Source: Octopus sinensis
Taxonomy: Eukaryota
DNA: 64,000 bases
Assembly (NCBI RefSeq): GCF_006345805.1
Contig: NC_042999.1
Span: 98,394,001 to 98,458,000, forward strand
Reading direction: 5' to 3'
Each line of letters begins with the position of its first letter. Positions within the stretch are counted from its first letter, which is position 1. The notes under the pieces were generated by a model, which was not told the origin of the DNA, ran no database searches, and saw only the letters and a program-made list of their open reading frames with translations. Position numbers and translations under genes: made by a program. Positions 12,556 through 26,140 of this stretch are shown one piece after another.

Positions 12556-13110
12556 ATTGGCTGTATCCTTACCTTTTTATCATCGACAGTCAGGCTATTT
12601 CGTATTTACATCTACTTTTTTCACCGTCTTTCTTAATTATTCTGGCGCCAAATGGGCATGCAACATTAATTACAGATCACGTGGTTTACCTTGTCCACCA
12701 CTAATAGGCCCAGCTTCTTATGCTCAAGCATCTGGTCCGTTTGGATTGGGAAATCCCACAGGATTTTGAAAGTCTCCGACTCAGTCACTCTCTGTGGTTC
12801 GTGTTCGTTACCACGTCTGTCCTCTTTTTAACCCCACTCATCACATAGTTTTCAATGCTGCACTTTCGCTACCTCATCATGTAGCCACAACTTTTTTTGG
12901 TTTTGGGCAAGTGAAGGGAATTCATTCACTATATGGTCAATAGTTTCGTCAAATCCATTATAAATTCGGCATAATATATATTGGGTCATCTCATAAATTA
13001 TGCGTTTTTTAATACTTCTTTTATTTTTCAAAATTAAGATAAAGTTCTTTTTTAATCTAGAATATACACTCCTTCGTTTTCTACAATGCTCTTCCATCTA
13101 TGTGGGAGAC
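12556..13110 (-). mobile_element. Degenerate R4/Dong 3' fragment (zinc knuckle plus restriction-like endonuclease region)
   Basis: CRIYNGFDETIDHIVNE.PSLAQ...HDEVA and EHEPQRVTESETFKILWDFPIQTD..LEH...L.VVDK. Confidence 0.75.
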
Positions 13111-14498
13111 TTGCAAGTCCTTTCTTCCAAAATTCACTTGTCCGTGACGAAAAATTATATATAAGCAGATAGATAATGGTTTTTATTATTGTTGATGGTA
13201 ACGGTGCTTAACCCTCGGTGTGCCCTGATCGAGCAGATCAATGGTCAAAGACATTCCAGCCGTCCTTTTGTGCATCAAGAACTAAATTGTTCATTGCATC
13301 TTGCTGTATTTATTTTCGTTCAGCCTCCAGTTGAGCAAACCTACGAACGAAGGCGTTCTGTAATGGCCATTTTTAAAAATCGAAAGTGGTAGAATTGATT
13401 TAAGGGAGTCATGACAGTGATTTCGAGCAGGATGAGCGTCTTCTTTGAGGCTCTCCCGTTTCCTCACTCGGAGCGGATATATTTCCCGCCTTTTATTAAA
13501 AATTGGTAAGGCAACCAGACAGATCATGCAATGTCTAAGAGAAGCTAGGCAAAACCTACCCATATTTAAAACTGTTGCTTAACTATAGCAGCAATAACAA
13601 CATAACAACTAAACGATAACAACAACACTTATTTAATGTGACTGATTTTGAAGTCGAGGTGTGTGGACTAAATAAGTAACAAGGACAGCAATTTCTTCTT
13701 GGATGTAGGCTAACATAATAAAAATAAAAAATATAGACATGAAAATATATAGAAATATATAAAAAATACACAGAAATATATAAAAAAAAAATACAAATTG
13801 GTTTCCTGATAAACATACACGGTTATGGTTAGGCAAACAACATATGGCATATTCCAGGATAATTTGCTGTCATTCTCAATAGATCAATGAAATTATGACA
13901 GTTGAAAAGACTGCAGAACTTGATAGATAATTAGTCATAATTGTGGAATTTTCCTTATTCCGAAGAACGAGAAACTTGTTTTTCCCTTTTGCTTTATATG
14001 TAATTATGACATCACAAACAGTTTGATCACCATGAAGCAACACAAATTATAGACACGTGCTTAGGAATCAGAAATAAATGTCATTCATCTAAAAATACAA
14101 CACTCTTCTTTTGATTTCGGTCCCGCAATTGAGTCTTACTGGGGCTCTAAATATAAAGGTTTCATCGAAAATATCTACATCAGAACATATTTCAAATTCT
14201 TATTTTATCGGTCTCTATTTGCTTATCCATTAAGTTATGGTCCATAATAGGACACAACGTAAAAGGTATAGATATTACACACACACCACACACACGCACA
14301 CGCACACGCAATAGTTATATTAATTCATTTAAATAGTGAGGATGACATTCCAAAGGCTGGAGCAGTTTGAATGGGAAACGATATTCGCCGGACATTGCCC
14401 CATCTCATTATCATTTATTCCGCAGTCTTCAAAATCATTTGGGTGGAAAAAATATGATTTTTGTAGACACCACGCAGCCTATCAAATGTTGGGAATTC

Positions 14499-15231
14499 CG
14501 AGGTACATCCCAGAAGTTTTGAGACTTCTTTTAGGAGAGACAGTTATAACTATTCTAAATTATTGTAATTTTAGAATATCATTACTCTGTATCTAATAAA
14601 TTGACTTGCCAACTTTTACTATTCCAGCTCGAAGGAGAAGACTGTAACAGCGCTCTGAACACACTCTGCTAAACACTGCTCGTCACAGCTGATTAATTTG
14701 CATTAAAGCAGTCGGGACGTTTGGAAGCTCGCTATGCCATAAAGTTTTGTGTTAAACTTGGAAAAGACGCTACGAAAATCTATGAAATGGCTCTTGATTG
14801 CTTATAAATGAACTTTTTGCTGGCATAAAAGATTCAAGGATGGTAGAGAGGAATTGAGAGACGATGAGAGGTGCGGGAGGCAGAGCGACATCAGACACAT
14901 CAGAGCTGGTTGAGAGAGCTCGCAATTTTCTGGATGATAGTCGTGTGTCTGTAAAGAAAATAAACTCACAATTTGGAGTTGTGACATCTGTACACAATTA
15001 TTCACGAAGATCTGAACATGCGCAAAATTTGTGCAAAGTTTGTGTCCGGGGTGCTCAGTGACGAATCTGAACGCCTTCACTTCGGAGGACTTCCAGGGAG
15101 CGTTCACGAACTGGTTGGAGTGCTACAGCAAGTGCATTTAGGTGAGAGGATTTCTACTATGAAAGAGATTAGAGTTTTGTACTTTGAAATTAATTAACAT
15201 CTCGCTGGGGAACTTCTGGAATGCACCTTAT
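14499..15231 (+). mobile_element. Internally deleted mariner (Tc1/mariner) DNA transposon
   Basis: Imperfect TIRs CGAGGTACATCCCAGAAGTT / AACTTCTGGAATGCACCTTA; decayed transposase YAIKFCVKLGK...WHKRFKDGREELRDDER...IIHEDLNMRKICAKFV. Confidence 0.85.
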
Positions 15232-15546
15232 ACAAACGGAAAGTTAATGATTAAAATCCACTATAAAAGTCTAGTATACATACACTACTAAACATACTCA
15301 TGTACACAAATTGAAGCATTTTTGTATCGAAAGATATTTCTTTCCTTCTGTAGCCAAATAGAAGTTCGGAAGATCTATTTTTGTAGCGTTTGTAAATAAA
15401 TATTTCTAGATAATAGAATAATCGTCTGTGATTTTTTTCGCACTAAACTTTATTTCTGTCACGTTCATCTCAACAAGAATCAAGAAACAACTTTGAAAGC
15501 CTAAGAAATCTTTCCCACTATCAAAATCAATAGAACAACACACACA

Positions 15547-15630
<84 letters not shown>

Positions 15631-15658
15631 ACACACACAGAGACAGACAGACACACAC

Positions 15659-15690
<32 letters not shown>

Positions 15691-15880
15691 ATATGTATTA
15701 GATAGATAGATATGGTATATAATTTTTTTGTGTGCAGGGGTTCCTAGAGACATATAATTACATGTCTCAAGGAACCCCTGCACACAAAACAATTATATAC
15801 CATATCTATCTATCTAGTATATATATATATATATTAGATAGATATGGCATATAATTTTTTGTGTGCAGGGGTTCCTTGAG

Positions 15881-15988
<108 letters not shown>

Positions 15989-16045
15989 ATATATTATATA
16001 TATTCTATATATATATGTATATATGTATGTATGTATGTATATGTA

Positions 16046-16302
16046 AGGGTAAAGACCCCCTTCGGTCATGAGTGACCATGGGATTGCACCTAGAGAGTTA
16101 CCCTCTGAGGCACAAGTCTGGGCAAGGTTGTTTATGGAAGGCCAGCAGTCGCCCATGCATACCGGCCTCCCCTCTCCACACCATTGATGTTGTCCAAGGG
16201 AAAGGCAAAGGGGCCGATACAGCTTGGCACCAGTGACGTCGCAACTCATTTCTACAGCTGAGTGAACTGGAGCAACGTGAAATAAAGTGCCTTGCTCAAG
16301 GA
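16046..16302. repeat. Interspersed SINE-like repeat
   Basis: Motif GAACTGGAGCAACGTGAAATAAAGTGCCTTGCTCAAGGA recurs, diverged, at ~46455-46495. Confidence 0.6.
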
Positions 16303-17183
16303 TGTCCATAAATTACAGACATCACTAAATATATCCCCAATGGTTCCTTATAATTTTTTGAAAACATAAAAGGTTAGATAGGATGATGTCTATATTACAA
16401 TATAGCAATAACCAACAATATGTTGTGCATGAATAGTAATATTACGATCATGAAATTAGCATTAGCTTATCTCAGTCTTTCTCACGGAACTCCTAGGGAC
16501 CTTTTGCGGAACCTTAGGGTTCCGGGGAACCTCTGTTGAGAATTGCTACTCTAGCTTATCACGCAATATGATGCTAGTTTCATACCATGTGAAATATAAT
16601 AGTTGAATGAGAAACTTATTACCGTCTAGGCAATGTATCGTGCGTAGTATACACTTCTAATTATATGTATGTATTTGAGCATGTATGTATGTTATTTAGT
16701 TATTTGTAGATATCTTGCCAACAGAGAAAGGGCCGGTTTCGAATCAAGATTCAAGGCTCCTTCATTGTAATTTCAACGACATCAACAGGATTTTTGCATG
16801 TATGTGTGTATGTGTGCAGTATTTAGAGTCCGTGCATATCAGATTTGTATGCTTTGTTTATGTATGTATTCTCACGCATACAGTTGCATGTCTAGACATG
16901 TATATATATATACTTAAATGACAAATCTCTGGAACGTTTTAAAATTTTTTACAGTTCCACGGATGGATTTCATCTGTAATCTTCGAATCATCTTTCTACT
17001 TTCTGGTTTTGAGAAACCTAATTTCTCAAGACACTGCCTAAGTAAAAATCTGAAATCAGTCATTTTATGGCTGATAGATAAGCACTCTCAAAATTCACTG
17101 ATCAACCAAAGATATGTCGACCTCAATACAGATTATAAAGATAGTAGATGTGAAGAATTTGCTTATAATATACGTAACCAATC

Positions 17184-17606
17184 AAGGCGGCGAGCTGGCC
17201 GAAACGTTAGCACGCCGGGCGAAATGCTTAGCGGCATTTCGTCTGTCTTTACTTCTGAGTTCAAGTTTCACCGACGTCAACTTTGCCTTTCATCCTTTTG
17301 GGGTTGATAAATTAAGTACCAGTTGCGTGCTGGGACCGATCCAATCGACTGGCCCCCTTCTCCAAAATTTCGGGTCTTGTGCCTAGAGTAGAAAGGAATA
17401 TATGTAACCAATAGCACGCCGGGCAAAATACTTAGCAGCATTTCGCCCCTCATTACGTTCTGAGTTCAAATTCTGCCAAGGTCGACTTTGACTTTTATCC
17501 CTTTCGGGGTCGGTGAAGTAAGTATCAGTAGAGCACTGAGGTCGAAGTAATCAACTTACCCCTTTCTCCGAAATTTCTGGCCTTATGCCAAAATTTGAAA
17601 CCAATA
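17184..17606 (+). mobile_element. Two consecutive SINE family 1 copies (17184-17400; 17413-17606) bounded by three copies of a 15 bp target sequence
   Basis: ATATA(C/T)GTAACCAAT at 17168-17182, 17398-17412 and 17604-17618. Confidence 0.85.
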
Positions 17607-18206
17607 TATGTAACCAATGAGTTGCTACCTTACACTATTACAGAAATTCTCCTGCAAAACACATGCTTACTAAAGCAAAGTGTCAGAAATGCACAGATCC
17701 GACGTTATAAAAACACTATTTAACGGCGAGCAACAATGCAACAATTAATACAATATCAGAAGTACAATCTGATAATAAAACTATGAACAATGATAACGAA
17801 AATGGCTCAGAAATGATTCCAGACACTGGTTTAGATACAAATATTGAACAAGCTAAAAGATACAAATAATCACGTCGATCTCAAAGAACAACGTGAAATA
17901 TTGTAATTATAATTAGACCTCTATGACTCAACTTTCATTTTTTTCATGAACATTTATTAAATGGCATAACATCTTGACAAAAATGAATGCATAAAATTTT
18001 CATCTTTGTATATCCAATAGATGATATCTCAGCGCACCAATGTGTCTCATAGAGATTAGATTGGACTTAATTTCAAACTAGACATAATTTAAAGAAATCC
18101 CATAAATCCATCAGTGTATACATACATACATACATACATACGTACATACATACATGCGTACATACATACGTACATGCGTACATACATACATACATACATA
18201 CATACA

Positions 18207-18237
<31 letters not shown>

Positions 18238-18239
18238 TG

Positions 18240-18640
18240 ACCTGACTGCCGACCGCCAACACCTCTTATGTCCATCTCCTATGTTCGCCTTTAGGCTTTC
18301 ACTTCATTCACGTTAGCACAATTTGATTCGTCCTCAGTCGAAAGACACCTGTTGTTTGTAATTGTGTACCATGTTCTCCGTTTTTTGTCGTTGTTGCCAT
18401 ACACATTCGCTAGCTTTCTTACAAAAAAAATCTAATGCTCTTAGCTTAGACTTGTTGGTGGGGCAACCAGATCACACTGTCTCAAGTGTAACTGCCCGAA
18501 ACAGTAAGGACTTCTGGTAACTTGACTGAGGAAAGAAGGCAACGAATGACCCATCTTTTTTTCCCTGTCCTTCTGATTTCTTCTCCTGTCCGCCTTTCTA
18601 TTGTCTATCTGTCCGAATGTTTTATTGTTCTCAGTTGCTT
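18240..18640 (+). repeat. Interspersed repeat (possibly Penelope pLTR-like) containing a permuted hammerhead-like motif; homologous to 45420-45698 (inverted)
   Basis: Alignable to reverse complement of 45420-45698 (AATGC.CTT.GCTTAGA...TCAAG...GAAA...CTTGACTGA.GA...GAAGGC..CGAATG.CCC). Confidence 0.7.
18476..18541 (+). ncRNA. Candidate hammerhead ribozyme with non-canonical segment order (copy A)
   Basis: GUC site, CUGAGGA and GAAA cores; stems ACUGU/ACAGU, UCAAGU/ACUUGA, UGCC/GGCA; covaries with copy B; 5-nt insert before stem II is atypical. Confidence 0.55.
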
Positions 18641-18649
18641 TTTTGCTCC

Positions 18650-18650
18650 A

Positions 18651-18709
<59 letters not shown>

Positions 18710-18931
18710 AGTATATATCTATATATATATATATATATACATACACACATATATATATATATCTATATATGTATATATGTACATCTATATATATAATTAT
18801 ATATATAATATATATATATTCTATAATCTTGTAATATCATACATACATATATATATTTATGTGTATCTATATAGATATATAATATATAATGTATATATAT
18901 GTATACATACATATATATATGTAATGTATAT

Positions 18932-18967
<36 letters not shown>

Positions 18968-19033
18968 CATATATATATATATGCAGTCATATATATATAT
19001 ATGTATGTAATATATATATACACACATGCATAC

Positions 19034-19072
<39 letters not shown>

Positions 19073-19363
19073 TATATATATATTATACATATATATATAC
19101 ACATACATATATATATATATACATATATATATACACATACATATATATATATACATATTATACATATTATATGTATATATATAAAATATATACACACATA
19201 CATACATATATATTCATATATATACACATACATGCATATATATTATAATATACATACATACATATCATATATATATATATATACATACACATATATATAT
19301 ATATATTTATATATATATACACATACACACATGCATATATATATATGTGTGTATATGTATATA

Positions 19364-19420
<57 letters not shown>

Positions 19421-19480
19421 GCATTAGATATATATATATATATGCATTAGATAATATATATATATATATGCATTAGATAA
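18650..19480. repeat. Degenerate (TA)n tract
   Basis: Directly visible. Confidence 0.97.
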
Positions 19481-19499
19481 AAGCTCAGAGATAGTACTT

Positions 19500-19830
19500 A
19501 GATGGAAAACTTTTTAGGGAAATCAAATACCAAAAACAATATTCAAATTATGGGTGATTTTAGTGCACACCATCTTTTTTGGAGCCTAGCATCAGATAAA
19601 ATAAAAGCGTGAAAGGAGAATGTCGTCTGAAGACTATGAATAAATATAACTTTAATTTACACACAGTTCTAGATTCCCCAGCCTATGGACAGTATAATCA
19701 TCGTACCACAACAATAGATCATTTGTCGTCTTCTTTATCAGCTTCTTGTTTAATAGATAACTGGAAATTAGACTATAAAGTGGATCTAGCCTCGGTTCAG
19801 GTCACTTGTACTTTAATTTAGCCAGTCAAG
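19500..19830 (+). mobile_element. Decayed LINE apurinic-like endonuclease fragment
   Basis: IQIMGDFSAHHLFWS ... SPAY...TTIDHL ... W motifs of EEP-family LINE endonucleases. Confidence 0.55.
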
Positions 19831-20561
19831 TATATCTAAGAAAATATAATATCTATTTCAGAGGACTTACTGCACATTATATTTAGCAGCATATCCAATC
19901 AGTTGAAGATCTAAAAATAAGTCTACAAATATTTATAGACAGAATTTAAAATACAATCACTGTGAAAGCTTCTATTAACTATTTCAGTCTGGATAAAAAC
20001 AACAAACTAGTGGTAAAGATAATAATAAAGCATTGTGAAAGTAAAAATTAAGACATCTAAAAGACAAGATGATCCTATCATTACAAGAATGGAAATCCCA
20101 TCCAATGGATTGTAATGAAAATTATAAAGAAATATATATATATATATATATAAACAATGATTTAAAAAGCGAATAAAATAAGTCACAAAGGTTTTCTGGT
20201 GAAGTGAAAATAATCTGGAGTACGTCTGGGATGCATGTAATGTATATAATTCAATGATGGAACCAATACTTTCGAAAGCAAATAAAAAACTATTAATATA
20301 TTAATCAGAATAATGAAGTAATCGCAGCCACTTCTAAATTCTCATAGTTATTCGCAGAAACGTTTATTTTTTTTTTTCATTTTTCGCAAAAAAGAGAACG
20401 TTATTCCTCTCAATCCAAGTATAGATTTTCCTCCTATTATTAAACATGAGTTATTATCAGCTAAATATGATTAAAAAAAAGAAGAAACATCTACCAGTTT
20501 AGATGAAATATCTATTTTAATCATGGAGTATAATACAAGAAATGGAGCTAAAAATTTCAAC

Positions 20562-20950
20562 AGGAGTCACTGTGTGGTATGTAGCTTGCTCACCAACCAC
20601 ATGGTTTCGGGTTCAGTCCCATAGCGTGGCACCTTGGGAAAGTGTCTTCTACTACAGTCCAGGGATGACCAAAACCTTGTGAACGGATTTGGTAGATGGA
20701 AACTGAAAGAAGTTCATCGTATATATATTTATATGTTTGTGTGTCTGTGTTTGTCCCCGCCCACCATCACATGACAACCGATGCTGGTGTGTTTACGTTC
20801 CAGTAACTTAGCAGTTCGGCAAGACAGACAGTTAGAATAAGTACCAGGCTTACAAAGAATAAGTCATGAGGTTGATTTGTTCGACTAAAGGCGGTGCTCC
20901 AGCATGGCCCCAGTCAAATGAATGAAAAGAATAAAGGAATAAAAAGAATA
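20562..20950 (+). mobile_element. tRNA-derived SINE family 2, full length
   Basis: tRNA-like head (GGTTTCGGGTTCAGTCCC), central (TA)/(TG), tail GGCGGTGCTCCAGCATGGCC...(GAATAAA)n; 3'-half fragments also at ~8720-8860, 27380-27660, 29680-29900, 38130-38240, 46580-46720, 58330-58560 (-). Confidence 0.85.
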
Positions 20951-21224
20951 AACGAATTAGATTTATGAACATTTTCTTATACATTTGCAATATCAAAACC
21001 AAATAAAGATAATTGCCATTCAAATAGATCATAACGATCTATAGCTCTAAGTAATATATCTAAAATGTTGGAGAAAATAATGGGCAATAGACTATGTTAC
21101 TTGGGATGAAAAATTAGTTTTATATTTAAATACTTAATACAAAAACGGGCTTTAGATTGCATCATGATTTTGAAATATTTGATGCAGAATGTTTGACGTG
21201 GAACGGCTTAGAAAGAAAGCCGTT

Positions 21225-22345
21225 CACCTGAACTAACGTGTCATTGTTGTCATACATTTAAGACCCAGACCGAACTGTGCCAGAACGGACACCAGGTAGT
21301 GATGGTCGACCCTATCAAAAGCTTGTGATTGGTCTAAAAGGACTACTGCTCCTCCCTTGCCAGAATCGTTATTAATTCCCTCTAAAGTGCATCTTATAAG
21401 ATGGAGATTATCCTGAATGGATCTGCCGGGGATGGCACATGTCTGTGCTCCCCCGATCATCTCATCTGCGACACGCGCCAATCTTTTCAATAACACTTTG
21501 GCCAAAATCTTTAGCTCTGCGTTGAGTAGAGTGATGGGCCTAAAATTATCAATGACATCTTCCTTGTTCAGATCGGGTCCTTTTTGACGAGCGTCACCAC
21601 TCCCCGGCATACAGATCTGAGGATGAGCCCATTCTGTTGCCAGTTCGCGTAGACACTCGCCAATAGATGTCCGAACAAGTCCAGCATACTCTTATACAAC
21701 TCGAAGGGTAGACCATCCAGCACTGGCGCTTTACCCGCATGCAGTCAGCCATGGCCTCTTTTACTTCCTCAGGCGTGATCAGCCCCTCACTACACCTCGC
21801 ATCGAGTGGCGCGGCAGCCCGGCGAGAAAGTCCGTTATGTCCTTCTTACACTCCGGCCCACCGCTCCCTCCGAAAAGCTGGGCCAAGTGGTCCTGAAAGA
21901 CCTCACACATCTCCTCGGGCTCGTCTATCAACTTACCTTGCTGGCTCGTCAAAGATCGAATTGTGACATCATTGTCACGTTGGGCTTCTACTACTCGGAT
22001 CCATCCCGCAGCATCGATTCCTCCGCAACCCATTGCATGTTGTCTAGCCCTGGCAATGCAACCCATGTGTTTAGCTTCGAAGAGCTGGTTTAACACTAGT
22101 CTCTTGGCCTTCACCTGAGTCGCAGAGCCAGTTCGCATTGCATCCTTTAAGATTCCCTTCTAGCCTCTCTAGCCTCTCTATCCACTAAACCTATGCTATA
22201 TCTAATAGACTCATATTTAATGGCTCGCTTAAGGGCATACCACCATTTGTTATTAATAATGAATCCGGTTAATGCCCTCTGAATTAACATCCTAATCCGG
22301 TCTCTGTACTCCTTAAGTCGTGTGGAATTACCTTTCTGTTCCAGA
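21225..22345 (-). mobile_element. L1-Tx1-like ORF2 fragment (linker plus RT N-terminal half)
   Basis: NFRPITLLNAELKILAKVL, QTCAIPGRSIQDN, LDQSQAFDRVDH. Confidence 0.88.
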
Positions 22346-24097
22346 AGACACTATTAAAAAAAAACATCTGGCATTACTTGCTTCATTACTAAAGTTACCA
22401 GTTTGATTGAGGACCATTTTAAAAACGGTCATAAAAAAGGATGGGGGTACAATTTATTTTCGAGGATTCACCAAACCATAAATAAGATCTTCCAATTCAT
22501 GGAGACAACAAAAATATTTAACGACAGAAACATTTAACCGTTCTTTAGCTGTATTTCTTTTCACTTTTTTTCCTTCTCTCTAATTCTTGTGAGTTTGTTT
22601 CAGTTTATTTTTTCGCCAGTCTGTCATGGCTTACCAGTTTTACACGGACGTTTAAACTGATTAAATAAATATTTTAAAGTGACATTTTAAAAATAATGTA
22701 ATTAACGAAAATGATTTGAACAAACATTTAAGGATTCAGAGCTGTTTGTTTTTCTTGTCGACAAGAATTGGCACTGAAGGTTTTCGCCCGTTTGTTAACG
22801 TGTATGTATACGTGATCGTTGGTTTGTGTATGCGAGTTTGCGCTCGCGTACTTGTGTTAAATGAATGAATATATGGATTCTCAGATTTGTTGAATTAAAA
22901 AACAGAACTACATTATGTTCGTGTCTCCCTCTTTTGTTGCTACTGCGGCTGCCGCTGCTGCTGTTGTTGTTATTGCTTAACATATGGTCAATGGCGTTCC
23001 AACCGCAACCATCTCATCTATTTTCACTCATATATATTTCTAAGACTAATTTCTCTCATATATTTTCTGAGGCTAATTTATTCAGTGTGTACATTTTTTT
23101 GTTATAAACTGATGTGTGGAAGATTTAACTGTCATTTCTAGCAGGCCGCACAATTTGGAAGAGGTTCCCTCGTTGTCTCACGCTCCCTCATTTACATGAA
23201 TATAAATGTTTATCTTTACCTCTGCTTTGTTATTGTAATATAAGTTAAGGTCAACTTGATACGATGGAGTAGAATTCGGCTAGAAAGCACTCTAATGAGA
23301 CCACACTATTTTTGTACCGCAACACGTAATCTAATTCTACCTTCTTTTCGACGACGGAAAGATGTGACAGGAGGGGAAATATTGCTGTTATTCACTATCA
23401 TTTGAGCGACCAGGTAAAGACCGCCATCTTCCTTTCGCATCAGTTCTCTGTAGCATAAGTAATCTAAGTGAAATGAAGTGAAATGGTGATATTTAAGCTT
23501 AAACCATGTCGTATACTTGAGCTAATATCCACAGACACACTGTACATTGCAGGTAAAGACTGACTACATTGCTGACTTTATGCATAAAATATTCGGGCGA
23601 GGCATTTATTTACTTAACTTTGCAGGAAGAAATCAGACGATATTTATGATTCCATTGCAAATGACTTAACAATCGATTATTAGAGAAATATTATAAAACT
23701 ACTCATGAAATTTAATGTCCTACATTTATCGGATCGCTGTGCGTTCCTGTCAACAATATGCATTTACTTTTTTCTCTTCCCTTTTCAAAGTTTACTCAAA
23801 TTTCTTTTTTAGTGTATAATCAATATTACAATGAAATTATAACAGTGACATACTATAAAACTATATTGTAAATTGCAAGAAAATTATAAAAAGATTAGGT
23901 TTTGTTATTGTGTTTGTTGATAGCATACGTCGTCTGCTTTGTTTTCTTTTGGTCATGTATCACCCATCCACAAAGCCACAAAGCAACCAACCCACCAACC
24001 AACCAACTAACCTACCTACCTACCTAGTTCGTTATAAAGGCTGCTTCTGTCACATGTAGCTAGTATATTTACACAAACACATACATACATACATACA

Positions 24098-24170
<73 letters not shown>

Positions 24171-24172
<2 letters not shown>

Positions 24173-25857
24173 CTTAGAATAACTTAGAAAGGTTTTGGCC
24201 AGTATTGGCCCAGGCCATGTCTAACTTAATAGCACCACCTGGTGAAGTCTTTCAGTTCAGGATTTGGGCACCAAGGCCCATTCGAGCAGAGTTATTGTTG
24301 CGGAGACATATCCGGGTGTGGGTGGTTTGTCCGGTACTGTTTGAAGGAATTTGTCCAAAGACTTCTTGAATTTTGTGTGGTCAGTTTCTTTTTTGTGTGG
24401 TCAGTTTCTTTTTTGACGAGCAGGTCCAATTGAGGTGAAATAGTTGTGCCGTATTGTCGTTATGTGATGCGATTTAGATTTTTGTTGTGGACGGATGGCA
24501 CGTGGTCCAAGCCTTGGATGCATTTTGAAGGTGATGCCAAAATCATTCGGACAGTGCTGGTGGAATATTTTCCACATCATACAGATAATGTAGCGTTCAC
24601 GGCGTCGTTGGAGTGAATACAATTTCAGCTTCTCTAGTCTACCCCAGTAGTCAAGGTCCGACATGCCATCTATCTTTTTTGTGATTGACCTTTGGGGAGC
24701 TTCAATTCTCATAATATTTTGTTTTGTGTAGGGAGACCACAGGGACAGCAGTATTCAAGGTGGGGTCGGGCAAAAGTGGAGAAGAGAAGGATAATAGCGT
24801 GGGAATCTCTCGACTGGAAGGTTCTGAGAATCCAGGAACACATTCTGCGGGCCATGTCAACTTTGCTGCTTATATGTGTAGCCCAGCTTATGTTGTTGTC
24901 CACTGTTACTCCCAGGTCTCTGATGTTGTTGGATGCCATGAGAATTTCTCCAGAAGGAAGAGAGTATGGGAGTTTCAGAGCGTCCTCCCTTCCAAAGTGG
25001 ATCAGTTCAAATTTGTCTTCATTTAGCAACATGTTATTCTTTTCCGCCCATTGGACAACAGCCAGTAGGTCTGACTGAAGGTTTATTCGGTCATCCACGC
25101 CATTGATGACCTTCTGGAGCTTGAGTCATCAGCGAAGGTTCTGATGTTACTGTGTTTGATGGTATCAGTAATATCATTTATGTAGATGATGAAGAGAAGT
25201 GGGCCCAACACAGTGCCTTGTGGGACACCACTGCTGACTTTGGCTGGGCTGGATTTGACTCCTTCGACTACAACATGTTGGGTTCTGTTAGACAGGAAGC
25301 ACTTGATCCACTGCAGCAACTTTCCAGTGACACCAATATTGGACAGCTTTCTCAGAAGGATCTTATGATCAACCCTGTCAAAGGCCTTGCTGAAATCAAG
25401 GTAGATGACATCAGTGTTGGAACCTTCTCCCAAGGCTCTCAAAATGTCATCAAAATGATGCAGTAGCTGCGTCAGGCAATCTCTCCCATTACGGAATCCA
25501 TGCTGGTTGGGGTTCAGCATATTATGGCTCTCAAGGAAGTGAGTCATACGCGATCTCAGCACCCTCTCAAATACCTTGATGATATGAGAGGTGAGTGAGA
25601 TTGGACGGTAATTCACGGCAAGCGATTTGTTTCCTTTTTTGAAAACTGGGACAACAGACTGGGATAGAAGGTCCTCTGGTATATATCCAGCATCCAGTGA
25701 GTTCCGCCACAGATTGGCTAGAGGGGGTGCAAGTTGGTTTTGACACATCTTCAAGACACAAGCAGGGAACCTATCGGGACCTACTGCTGAATTATGCTTC
25801 ATTTCCTTTATTGCTGCTAAGACATCATTGCTGCTAAGACATTATTGCTGCTAAGAC

Positions 25858-25860
<3 letters not shown>
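24171..25860 (-). mobile_element. 5'-truncated CR1-clade LINE, sister of 59178-63840, frameshifted
   Basis: RT: QHGFRNGR, YLDFSKAFDRVDH, SGVPQGTVLGPLLF, FADDS; 3' UTR block matches 63760-63815; (TA)n on both sides. Confidence 0.93.
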
Positions 25861-25891
<31 letters not shown>

Positions 25892-25895
25892 ATAT

Positions 25896-25950
<55 letters not shown>

Positions 25951-25951
25951 G

Positions 25952-25982
<31 letters not shown>

Positions 25983-26109
25983 GTATATATATCTATACAT
26001 ATATATGTATAAATACATATATATATGCATACGTACATACATACCTACATACAAACATACATACATACATACATACATACATACATACATACATACATAC
26101 ATACATACA

Positions 26110-26139
<30 letters not shown>

Positions 26140-26140
<1 letters not shown>

